Positions 9,001 to 17,362 of a DNA stretch of 36,969 nt are shown here, in pieces. Source of the stretch: a virus (lineage: Duplodnaviria > Caudoviricetes); the IMG/VR virus record IMGVR_UViG_3300046103_002325, positions 1 to 36,969 of that record, one strand, 5' to 3'. The notes under the pieces were generated by a model that saw only the letters and a program-made list of their open reading frames with translations, was not told where the DNA came from and ran no database searches. The stretch's first letter is position 1, and every line of letters starts with the position of its first letter. The translations under genes were made by a program, and so were the position numbers.

Positions 9001-12000
9001 GGCAAAACCTTGAGGATCCCGTCGCCGGCAATGTTGCGCAGCGCGTTGCGATCCATTCTGCCGGGTGGCACGTTGGGCTCGGTGCCGTCTGGCAACTTAC
9101 CGTGCTGCAGCCACATACGAAGTCGCATCACTGGTCGCGCGTTCACTTCCTGCTCTACTTCTTCGCGGAGCGCAGCTTTTCGAGCCCGGTACTTCTCAGT
9201 CTGCCTTCGCTTCTCGACTGCCCTCGCAGCGGCTTCGATTGATTCAGTTTGCGCTCGCCTGCCCTTCCGTTCGATCTCGACGTATTCCTCTCGCTCGTCA
9301 TCGGTAAGGCCAAGCATGTTCTGGTCGGAGTCTCGCAGCACTTGATCCATGCCACGCTGCGCCCTTGCAAACGCAATCTCTTGGTCGGTCGCGAGCATTC
9401 GGTCTAGGACGCTGCGCACTTCGTCGCTGAGCGGCACGTCGTAGCCGAAGATGCGTTGCACCGAACGGTAGATGCGGAGCATCCACTCGCGGAACTGATC
9501 GAACATCGGCTGAAGCTCGCGCGTCGGCGCGTTGCCTTCAAAGAAATACGCTTCAGCCATCGACGCAAACAATTCGTGCTGCTTTGTGCTGAACGCCTGG
9601 TCTGGGGTCATGCCCAGCGCTTGCCGCAGGATCGCGACGTCGTCTCTCAATTGCTGCGGCGCACCCTCTCGAGCAGAGTCTGCGAGCAGTTCAAACAAGA
9701 ACAGGTGAGAGGCTTCATGCAGGAACGTCGAGCGGTTGGAAGCACCCAGTAGTCGTATGTAGGCGTTGCCCAGTTCGCCGCGCTCGAGTTCGTCGACCGG
9801 ACCCATCGCACCGCGACGACCATCTGCAAACTCTTCGGGCTGGCCTAGTTCGCCTTTGCTTTCTCTGCGCTCTTGTCGGGTGCGTTCGAGCCTTCTGGCG
9901 GCTCGCCTGAGATCGCCTCGGTAACGACCTTCTGCAACGCCGGGAGTTTGTCCGGCTTCGCCGCGCGCTCCTGCTCCATCAGGTCGATTGTCTCGAGCAG
10001 CGCGTTCAAGTCCTTGGAGTTCTTCTTCATAGCCGCCTTCTTTCAGCAGAGTGCGATACACGCCCTGGGAGAAGAGAATAGCAAAGTCAGGTGTATCAGC
10101 GATGCGCTCGTCGGTCAGTTCTCCGTCTGTCAAAATCTGAACGAAAGAACGTGTTTCGCCTTTGGCCTCACCTAGCTGGCCTAGAGTTCTCGCCCAACTC
10201 CAGATCGTTTCTTGGATTTCGGCAGGCGTCCAATCGAGGCCCGTGCGATTTGACAGGATCTCGGCTGCGCGTCGAGTGACGACGTTTGCGGCCAAGTAGC
10301 CAGGACCCTTACCAGGGTCGGTTTTGGTGATCGAACCGCCAAACATCGCCTGCTGGACGCCCAAGATGTTTGCCATCCAAGTGTCGTTTGTGACTTCGTC
10401 TACTACGCCGCGCAGGTTGAGCATGAAAGAGTTGACCTTCGGGCCGCTCAGGATCACCGTTGTTGGGTTTTCGGCAATCAGTATGCGATACGAATTATTT
10501 CGCCAGGCGTCGAGGACAGAATCTTCTCCCTTGTCACCCTGCACAGATTCGCCCATGACCGCGAGAATCTGCGCTTTGTCGACGGGACGTCCTGCGCGCA
10601 CCCAGGCGTTCCAGATCGCGAGCGTGTTGACCAGATTCGATTCGACGCTGGTCTGCGGCGAGGTTGCAGCAAGCAGCCCGGTAAAGCGTCTCGAGTCCTC
10701 GAGTCCGAATACGTCAAGGATTGCTTTCGCGCTGTCCAGATACCATCCGCGCTTGGCTCTGCCGGCAAACGCAACAGACGCGAGTTCGCCCGGATCTGGC
10801 AGTTCGTCGATCAAATCGATCAACCGCTGAGCCGTGTTGGCTTTGAGCTTGCGAGCTTCATCAGGATTCAAGTACTTCAGCACGTTTTGGATGCCCGGAG
10901 TCGCGGCAACCTTCTCGCTTGCACCGGACTGGAACAACTCAATCGAGTCCGACTCAATCGCGTCAATCAGCTCAGGCGTGAAGTTGATCGCGCCCTGGGC
11001 ACCGATGCCATCCCACTCTTCGAGCTGCTCCATCTCGGTGCCGTACTTCTTGGCAAGCTTCTTCATCCGGCTCGGGACTTTGGTCGCGTAGTAGTTCGTT
11101 ACGTCTGGATCTTCCCAACGATCATCGATCATTTGAGCGTCTGTCATAACGACGCCTGACAATCCCATCGCGTGCGCCTGAAGGAGCGCGTTCTTCAAGC
11201 CGAGGTCGGTCCACGATTCGGTCTTGCTAAACGGAGCTTCGGGAACCTTGCCGCGTAATTTTGTTACCTCGGCATTTGCATTCTCATAAAGCATTCTTGC
11301 GGACATCACATCTGGATCGCGATTGGTTATTTCATTTACAGTATTATGTACTGCTCTGTGTGCGTTTCTAAAATCAAACGGAAGTCTCTCAACGCCCATT
11401 CCTCTCGGACTTCCGTCTGTGTTGAGAGATTCTATGTGCGCACCAAACCCCTGTTCCAACGTAACGATCACAGCAGTGCTTGTATCGTCGAGGGGGACTT
11501 TGATCGTACCGCCAGCGGCTGCTAAGGCGTCGAGGGTCGCCGGTTGGTCGTCTAACTTTGGTGACAATCCCGCTGCAAGAAACTTTGCGCTTAGGTCCTT
11601 TTTTGCCCTAGCCTGCTCTCGGTTTCGCACAGCCATCGCGTCAGCGGATTTAAGTCGCGCTGCGTCTAGTTCCTTTGCAGTTTCTGCTGTCTGGTAACCT
11701 TTTTTTCGACCCTTCTGGTGCCAGTCGCTTTGGATCTCAAAGATGAAGAGCTTGCCGTCACGAGGTTCGGCAAGCAGACTAACAACGACGTTGCTCGGCT
11801 CGCTGCCCCAGTGACTCCCTGTGTAATCTTCGCGCGTATCATCCTTGCGCCGCGGAAGCGTGACGAGGATTTCCATGTATCCGGAGCCAGCTTCTTCGAT
11901 GTAATCACCAAATGCCGTCGATCCCTCTAGCTGGGTGCCCCCTGGCCCATTCACAACGCTTGCGTCCAGAGCTGCAAAATACTCATCGGCGAAGGTGGTG

Positions 12001-15000
12001 CGCGAGAGCAGCATGAGAATGAGCAACTCATTTTGGTCACGCGCCATGCCGGGGTCGATGTATTTACGCCCGTTTGGGTGTTCCGCGACAAACCGAGAGC
12101 GGAAAGTTTCCGCAACGCCGGACTCTTCAAGTGGTTGATTGAGGTTGCTGTTTTGAAGTAGCTGCGTCAGCTCAGCTTGTATGTCTGCGGGGTCGCTGCC
12201 TGGACGAGTCGCCCACACGTCCTCGTCAATCTCGTTGGAATACATGATGCTGGATTCGTACATGTTGCTTGCTTCGACAAACAGCGGAGACTGGGGAAGG
12301 TCTTCGCGTTGCAAGCCATCTATGGCCGACACTCGGACTTCTCCGTAAGGGCCACCGATGTAGTGTGGTTCGACCTGCATGAAAATATCAGTCGCAGCTC
12401 GGCTAGACAGGTTGGTCGCTTCAGAAGCCTCGCCGCCCAGCAGATTGACTCGAACCTGCAGACCACCCTCCTGCAGAAACTCTACGATGTCTCGGCGTGA
12501 CATCGAGTCTTCCAGCCCTTCGGACATTTCAAGGAACTCGAGCAAGCCAGAGAACTGAAGTTCGTCGTTCTTGATGTTTCCCTTTTGCGCCTGCTTCTCA
12601 AGTGCCGCGCGGTATTCAGCGGCTGTGCCCTTCTTCGGCAGAGTGGTGGCAACCTTGAGCAGCACGCTCTTCAACCCAGTCGGCAGCAGGCTTCCCTGAT
12701 AGAACTCACCGTCGCCGTCCCGCTCTAGGCTCATCTCGTCATCGAGTGGGCTCAGTAGATCGAGCAGCGCCTCGGTGTCGTCGTCTAGCGTGAGTCCCGC
12801 TTCTTCCAGAGCCGCCTGCACGCGCTCAAATTCCTGCTGCTCCTCACCGAATGCGATGAACTCATCGCCAGACATGAATGGATCGCCGCGGTTCTCTTGT
12901 GCAATTGCCTCAAAGACCTTGTTGGGATCGACTTCGCCGGCTTCGTTTTGCAAAGAGGGATCGCCAAATATGTCTGACAACCGCGTGCCATCTCGGCTTG
13001 ACATCTCGGACGGTACGATCTGGTCAAGATTGCTTAGGCCACCCTCTTGGTACAGTCCTCGAATCGAACCCCTGCCAGTCTCTGGCACGTCCAAGGATGT
13101 GAGGATTTGGCCCATGTCTGAATTAGGCTCGACCCCACCCTCTTCTGCCAGCGCGCGAAGCATCCTACGCTCGCGAATGTTTGGAGTCACCCCGTCTTCG
13201 CGGCGATAGCGCTCCAGGCGACCTTTTTGCTCTGCGCGTGAAATCAGCGAATCGAGCGAAGCGCGTAACGCAATCGGTCCTTCGGGGCCTGCTTCAAGTT
13301 GCCGCGACGGAATCACTTGGACGATCCCGCTCTCTGCTACTAGCTCACGCACTGTCTGGTTGTTGCGCTCTGCGCGAACACGAACTCGACCGGCAATAAA
13401 CTGCGCGTATCGATTAGCCTCAACCTTACCCAGCCTGGGCTCCTGCAGAATTCCCGCTTCAATCTTTTGCTCAATCGCCTCAAGGACTGCGTCGTCATCG
13501 GTCAGCTCAGCGAACTCTTCTTCGGAGAATCGTGCAGCTTCCTCCGCTGTTTTGTCTGCCTGCTCTTGGAGTTGTCGCGGCGTGAAGTCTTCTAAACTTT
13601 CGCGTGAGTCCATCGCAAGACTGTCACCGGCACTTGTGCCCGCGACGTACGTCACCCATTCGTCGTAAGGGATCGCGATCTCAGCGCCAGTCTCTTCGGA
13701 CGCCTGGTCAGCGCCCGCAAGCGAAGGCACGTTCTCGGTGAGACTCTGCCACTCTTCGTTAGGACTGCCGTCCTCCTCTTGACCGTCCTGCGCCAACTCG
13801 TTTGCTTTGGTTCGGTCGACGTAAATGTATTCCGGCGCAGATCCTTTTGCGATCAGGTCGCGGATGTGCTTCTGGAAAGTAGGCTTGTCTCGCTCGCGCA
13901 ACCGGGAAGCCGAAGCTTGCTCGAGCATTCCCACCTTCGCCCGCAGGTTGTCAGCCGCTTGCGATTCCGTCGCGACGTTAATCGTAGAACCGGCGAATGA
14001 CATTCCCGCGCCGCCGTAAAGGCCTGCCTTGCCTGCGTCAATGAGCTGAGCAAGCACGCCCGCTACGTCAAAAATGACAAGCGGCTCGCCGGTTTCTGGA
14101 TTGATTAAGGGACGCCCCAAGGCGTTGGTCGGCGTATAGCGCACGTCTTTGTACGTGCCGTCATTCAACCTCGCAACCGCCTCAGTGGCAGCTATTTGAA
14201 TGACCTGCTGGCCCACCTCAGTCAAAGCCTCGACGGGTGCTGCGACTGCCGCTTGACCAATTGCACGTTGCGTCACGAATTCTTTAAAACTCTTGTTCGT
14301 TGCAGCCTGTCTTAGAAATGCAGACGCAGCCGATTCGTCTGCAGCACCCACTATGCGTTTGACTACAGGAATCTTTGAAAAACCCAAACGCTCAAGCGCA
14401 GCCATCGGCACTGCAGCGGCCATAGACACCCACGCGCCTGCCTGCCGGTTTACCTCTTGGTCTTCGCCGACCTCGATCGACTCGAGCCCTGTGTAGACCT
14501 CGCCGGTCATAGTGCTGTAGATGTACAGAGCGCCGGCTAAACCTCCGACTGCTGGGGCACTTACTGCTACGCCAGCCGCAGTAAGCAATCCTGCAGCGGC
14601 GTATCCAAGCCCTGATGCCACCATGCCACCTGAAACAAGCGGTGCCATCTCGGCAGTAAACGACGCTAAGTTTGTTAGTTGACCAGCGGCACCGCTTTCG
14701 GGCGCGCCGTAATCAACATTCAGCTCAGCTAACTGCTGATCGTACAGGAACAGATCGTACGCGTACCCTGCACTGGGGCCTAGTCCGATTGCTTCGCCAA
14801 ACGCTTCACGCCCACCCAACATAGAGCGCTTAGTATTAACTACTCCCCTTTTAGCTGACTGCACAGTCTCGCGAACCATTCCCTCAATCGTCGCCAACAA
14901 TCCAACGTCGTCGCGCGCCAATTGTGCAAACGCTGGGTCGCCTAGCCTCTCGTGTGTGATCGGTGCGTCTTTGGCGACTTGCTCGAGGTTCATATCCTCG

Positions 15001-15230
15001 CGCTGTGCTGCGGCTTCGTAATCCGGGCGATGCTGCTCAACAAAGCCGGGGTCGACATCGAACTGATTGGCAAGCGCGTTATCGCGTGCAGCCTGGTCAG
15101 GGTTCACGTCGGCAGTCTGCGCCAGCGAAGACTCCACCTGCTCGCGGCGCATTTCTTCTTCTAGCTCAGCGCGCTTCTTGGGGTCGCTAAATATGTCGTA
15201 ATACACATTCGTGTCAGAGGGAGCTGCCAA
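6021..15230 (-). CDS. Giant internal virion/ejection protein, polyvalent multidomain type (3069 aa)
   Basis: Third and largest gene after the nozzle (T7 gp16 position). Contains an EIQSDWHQ domain, an HhH-GPD-like segment and a zincin-like STFLHEASH motif. TTG start directly abuts the upstream stop. Confidence 0.8.
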   Translation of the reverse strand: MAAPSDTNVYYDIFSDPKKRAELEEEMRREQVESSLAQTADVNPDQAARDNALANQFDVDPGFVEQHRPDYEAAAQREDMNLEQVAKDAPITHERLGDPAFAQLARDDVGLLATIEGMVRETVQSAKRGVVNTKRSMLGGREAFGEAIGLGPSAGYAYDLFLYDQQLAELNVDYGAPESGAAGQLTNLASFTAEMAPLVSGGMVASGLGYAAAGLLTAAGVAVSAPAVGGLAGALYIYSTMTGEVYTGLESIEVGEDQEVNRQAGAWVSMAAAVPMAALERLGFSKIPVVKRIVGAADESAASAFLRQAATNKSFKEFVTQRAIGQAAVAAPVEALTEVGQQVIQIAATEAVARLNDGTYKDVRYTPTNALGRPLINPETGEPLVIFDVAGVLAQLIDAGKAGLYGGAGMSFAGSTINVATESQAADNLRAKVGMLEQASASRLRERDKPTFQKHIRDLIAKGSAPEYIYVDRTKANELAQDGQEEDGSPNEEWQSLTENVPSLAGADQASEETGAEIAIPYDEWVTYVAGTSAGDSLAMDSRESLEDFTPRQLQEQADKTAEEAARFSEEEFAELTDDDAVLEAIEQKIEAGILQEPRLGKVEANRYAQFIAGRVRVRAERNNQTVRELVAESGIVQVIPSRQLEAGPEGPIALRASLDSLISRAEQKGRLERYRREDGVTPNIRERRMLRALAEEGGVEPNSDMGQILTSLDVPETGRGSIRGLYQEGGLSNLDQIVPSEMSSRDGTRLSDIFGDPSLQNEAGEVDPNKVFEAIAQENRGDPFMSGDEFIAFGEEQQEFERVQAALEEAGLTLDDDTEALLDLLSPLDDEMSLERDGDGEFYQGSLLPTGLKSVLLKVATTLPKKGTAAEYRAALEKQAQKGNIKNDELQFSGLLEFLEMSEGLEDSMSRRDIVEFLQEGGLQVRVNLLGGEASEATNLSSRAATDIFMQVEPHYIGGPYGEVRVSAIDGLQREDLPQSPLFVEASNMYESSIMYSNEIDEDVWATRPGSDPADIQAELTQLLQNSNLNQPLEESGVAETFRSRFVAEHPNGRKYIDPGMARDQNELLILMLLSRTTFADEYFAALDASVVNGPGGTQLEGSTAFGDYIEEAGSGYMEILVTLPRRKDDTREDYTGSHWGSEPSNVVVSLLAEPRDGKLFIFEIQSDWHQKGRKKGYQTAETAKELDAARLKSADAMAVRNREQARAKKDLSAKFLAAGLSPKLDDQPATLDALAAAGGTIKVPLDDTSTAVIVTLEQGFGAHIESLNTDGSPRGMGVERLPFDFRNAHRAVHNTVNEITNRDPDVMSARMLYENANAEVTKLRGKVPEAPFSKTESWTDLGLKNALLQAHAMGLSGVVMTDAQMIDDRWEDPDVTNYYATKVPSRMKKLAKKYGTEMEQLEEWDGIGAQGAINFTPELIDAIESDSIELFQSGASEKVAATPGIQNVLKYLNPDEARKLKANTAQRLIDLIDELPDPGELASVAFAGRAKRGWYLDSAKAILDVFGLEDSRRFTGLLAATSPQTSVESNLVNTLAIWNAWVRAGRPVDKAQILAVMGESVQGDKGEDSVLDAWRNNSYRILIAENPTTVILSGPKVNSFMLNLRGVVDEVTNDTWMANILGVQQAMFGGSITKTDPGKGPGYLAANVVTRRAAEILSNRTGLDWTPAEIQETIWSWARTLGQLGEAKGETRSFVQILTDGELTDERIADTPDFAILFSQGVYRTLLKEGGYEEELQGLERAARDNRPDGAGARGEAGQTPGVAEGRYRGDLRRAARRLERTRQERRESKGELGQPEEFADGRRGAMGPVDELERGELGNAYIRLLGASNRSTFLHEASHLFLFELLADSAREGAPQQLRDDVAILRQALGMTPDQAFSTKQHELFASMAEAYFFEGNAPTRELQPMFDQFREWMLRIYRSVQRIFGYDVPLSDEVRSVLDRMLATDQEIAFARAQRGMDQVLRDSDQNMLGLTDDEREEYVEIERKGRRAQTESIEAAARAVEKRRQTEKYRARKAALREEVEQEVNARPVMRLRMWLQHGKLPDGTEPNVPPGRMDRNALRNIAGDGILKVLPKGRYGYWQRSGGVHPDVLRVEFNFKTVKQMLEQLAIMVKEHPQDIINRETEKQMLEQYGQYSTEEQIDSAVAKAIDKKDAIDQLVFEERMMAKRSGGQVSPTQMLRQIARRIVSSTKLPELKPGRFSKQAERASMRALEALQSGDIAAAQEAKRQQRLAILMESEARKALDQVERHLRHVAKLKTKAGRERVAVPGTKHGNALGYLLDKFDFRRSVGNRPPTGDAEGAAALIEFINEETALGYEPLVSPAQAIETGRRHYRSLTYDEFMEVIEGIRSIEASARRENKIHLRDKAQDREAVALELRQRSQETRHIKRPKMIDKELPAEERTRAMQAIYFATRSINSIIYQLDGGPVGPWRDYLWEPIVQAVNKREEMSEAYLSELSELLKQHVGNRDAEYRERKFNVYGMEASRYGLISMALNLGTESNASKLIEGYQGQGLAWSEGKIKAYLDQNLSREDWQLVQSLWDLTNKLWPTISADAVATYGIEPEKVEGRTLSTPYGEVTGQYFPVVYDPDKLDSVHRTQDKGVWEGSETSFRRPLTDSGYRVSRTGFRGPILLDLEVLPRHLDKVIHDLALHNVLNEVDRLIDSEHVKAAIKEAHGLEAFRLFRPWLMAIAKDAVDPNPPTASALEWLARESRTGLSVFYLAWNTTTVMMQTLGHFNTHAMLIQNMGMNNARKYHGLGVRTVLGSPKESRNRAFEMSGVMRRRVAAGERDRKDALRRLSGKGGREADITMFGLEMIGLMQTYGVDLPSWWAAFYAAKDGALSADTGPMTDIQAVAAADAIVNLTQGGGDVQDLAAVMRGNNVNRMFTAFHSYMMTLFSHLSLIASQGGVGGRQKKDVNRGRAMAAYFLVMILSPTLENFMRNAFRDGDDDEDEDKNFIRTVVASHLAQYPGFIPGVSSQKNLIANLIDDGDRFIGSGTSIDRMIQYVAEPLEKSLEMLSGEEETTAEDLIRATLVARTLLLKKGVTNGMLKLYDAAYELIAGEDE

Positions 15231-16781
15231 TTAGTCCACCTCTGGAATGGTCGCGCGGTAATAATCCTTGAGCGCAGTCTGGTACTCCGCGAGAAACTCC
15301 CTACTGCCTGCCTGCAGGCCGGGCTTTTGCCTCTTTACTATCGCAGTTGCAAACGCTTTAGCTTTAGGCCCAGGTCTTGCCACTAGGCGTGGAATATCGC
15401 TCGGATCCCACGATATAGCCGGCTCTGTCGGATCATTCCAATAATCGTTGCGTGTCACAGGTACAAGCGCGTCGTTCATCAATTGCAGAAGCGCTGGAGA
15501 ATCGAGCTTCCCACCTAGATCCTGGGATGCTTTCAAATACATCAAAGTGAATCGCTGCTTTAAATTCTCGCGTTTTTTAGGGGTGTTAGTTTGAGTTGGG
15601 AATTTAGTTCTAGATTTTGCTTCAAACGTAGCAAGCGCGCTGCCCAAGAAGTCAAAATTATCCGGTTTTGGTTTGGTTTGAAACGACGCAAATCTGTTGA
15701 AGTCGTTTTGCGACAGTTTCCCTGCGACTAGTTTTAAGTCGCGATTTTGAAAATCTGCGCGACTCTCTGGGATAGCAGATGTCATTTCCTCGATTATTTG
15801 GTTGAAGGTGGCTGGGTCTGACGAAATAGCCTGGAAGCCTGTCCAGCTTTTCTGCCAAGCCATGAACCGGACACCCTCTTCGGGCGACATGCCATTCGCA
15901 ATAGCCAACGCCGTGCCGGGTTCAGCGATGTATGCCATTTGCGCGTTTGCATAGGCTTGCTCGGCTTCTTGCTTTTGTTCTAAACGGATCTGATTGAAGC
16001 GAACTTTTGCGTCTGCTTCGACAGCTTTTCGGAAGTGCGGGTTTTGAAAGTCTTTGTTTTGTTTAAGTTCTTCAAGCACTTCAGACCATTGGATGTCCTC
16101 GTCGTTTTCAGCAAGATTCGTGACGGAATCCAAAATGCGATAGCCAGCTTTCAGCTCTTCGGTGTTTTCGTTGTTTGCGCGAACTGAAACCGCAGTCTGA
16201 AGGCGCAACCGCATTGCAGATTCGTCGGTCATTGCTCCGCGTTCAACGGCAACATCTAGTTCTTCGTTCAATGTTTCTAGCTGCGACGGTGTGACATCTC
16301 CGGTAAGACGCGCCTGATTAATGAGAATGTCTGACGACTGCAGCGCTGCGGCTCGGACCGCACCTAGCGCACTTTTCTGAGCAGAGTTTCTTGCTTTGAT
16401 CGTGCCCTTGTCCGATACATCTCCAGCCGCGCGTTCCCAATAACGTGCTCCTGAACCTGCAAAAGACTTACCCCGTGTTTTGATCTGCTCCTGAGCCCAG
16501 TCGGTGTATGCCTTTTCTCGATCAACCGCCGGTGTGTCGCCTTCGTCAATCTCCCGCAGGTACGCATCTGCTTCGAGCGAAAACTTCCGGGCTTCTACCT
16601 GCGCCTCGGCTTCGCCCTGCATGTCGAAGAAATCGATTGCCTGAACGCCTGCCTTGGCGACCTTCCCCAGCCCATCGGAGATTTTGAGCTGCGCCGCGGC
16701 CATGCCACCGCCGTACGCAGCTTCGATCTGCTGTACGCCTGGTGTTGCACTTTGCTGTCCGCGGACGTCTAGTTTGGGCAT
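15231..16781 (-). CDS. Internal virion/ejection protein (T7 gp15 position)
   Basis: Ala/Gln/Glu-rich helical 516-aa protein between the small and giant internal proteins; call is positional. Confidence 0.6.
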   Translation of the reverse strand: MPKLDVRGQQSATPGVQQIEAAYGGGMAAAQLKISDGLGKVAKAGVQAIDFFDMQGEAEAQVEARKFSLEADAYLREIDEGDTPAVDREKAYTDWAQEQIKTRGKSFAGSGARYWERAAGDVSDKGTIKARNSAQKSALGAVRAAALQSSDILINQARLTGDVTPSQLETLNEELDVAVERGAMTDESAMRLRLQTAVSVRANNENTEELKAGYRILDSVTNLAENDEDIQWSEVLEELKQNKDFQNPHFRKAVEADAKVRFNQIRLEQKQEAEQAYANAQMAYIAEPGTALAIANGMSPEEGVRFMAWQKSWTGFQAISSDPATFNQIIEEMTSAIPESRADFQNRDLKLVAGKLSQNDFNRFASFQTKPKPDNFDFLGSALATFEAKSRTKFPTQTNTPKKRENLKQRFTLMYLKASQDLGGKLDSPALLQLMNDALVPVTRNDYWNDPTEPAISWDPSDIPRLVARPGPKAKAFATAIVKRQKPGLQAGSREFLAEYQTALKDYYRATIPEVD

Positions 16782-16783
16782 GG

Positions 16784-17362
16784 CTAACGAACCTCCGTCG
16801 GCTTCTTAGGAGAATCAAATGCGCCAGCCTTATAGCCCGTAAGAGCCAAGGAACCAAGGTCGCCGACAAGGCCGATACCCTGACCTATTGCAGCGATCTT
16901 GCCTGCGGCCAGACTATTGGCAGCAGCGGCGCGTGATTGTGCCGCGGCGTAGTTCGCACCGATGCGCACGTTCATTGCGTCGATCTCAGCCGAACCCTGC
17001 TCATTTAGGTAGGTGTCGAGTGGAGTGCCAAGGTCCGACCGAACGCCGGATGTGCCGATTGCCTCGCGCATCTTGCGCAATCGGCGGCGGTTCATATCGC
17101 GAATGCGCTCTTCTTCTGCGTAGCCTCTTGCTTGTTCGGCCCTAGCCTTTTCTTTGAGCGTTTTCGATTGAGCTTCAGATTGTTTGATAGAAGCATCGAT
17201 TTGAACGCCAGCACCAGCAACCGTGGAGGCTGCGATAATCGAACCAATGATAATACCCCAAGTGACTGGATCGAGTGCAAGATAGGCATCTGGAGGTAAA
17301 GCAACCTCCGGCATCACCATCCAAGCTAGGAATGCAAGCGCGTATGTCAGGACGAGAATCAT
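16784..17362 (-). CDS. Small internal virion/ejection protein (T7 gp14-like)
   Basis: DPVTWGIIIGSIIAASTVAGAG hydrophobic segment, Ala-rich helix, SGV...GTPLD motif, Gly-rich C-terminus; ATGA overlap with the nozzle gene. Confidence 0.7.
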   Translation of the reverse strand: MILVLTYALAFLAWMVMPEVALPPDAYLALDPVTWGIIIGSIIAASTVAGAGVQIDASIKQSEAQSKTLKEKARAEQARGYAEEERIRDMNRRRLRKMREAIGTSGVRSDLGTPLDTYLNEQGSAEIDAMNVRIGANYAAAQSRAAAANSLAAGKIAAIGQGIGLVGDLGSLALTGYKAGAFDSPKKPTEVR

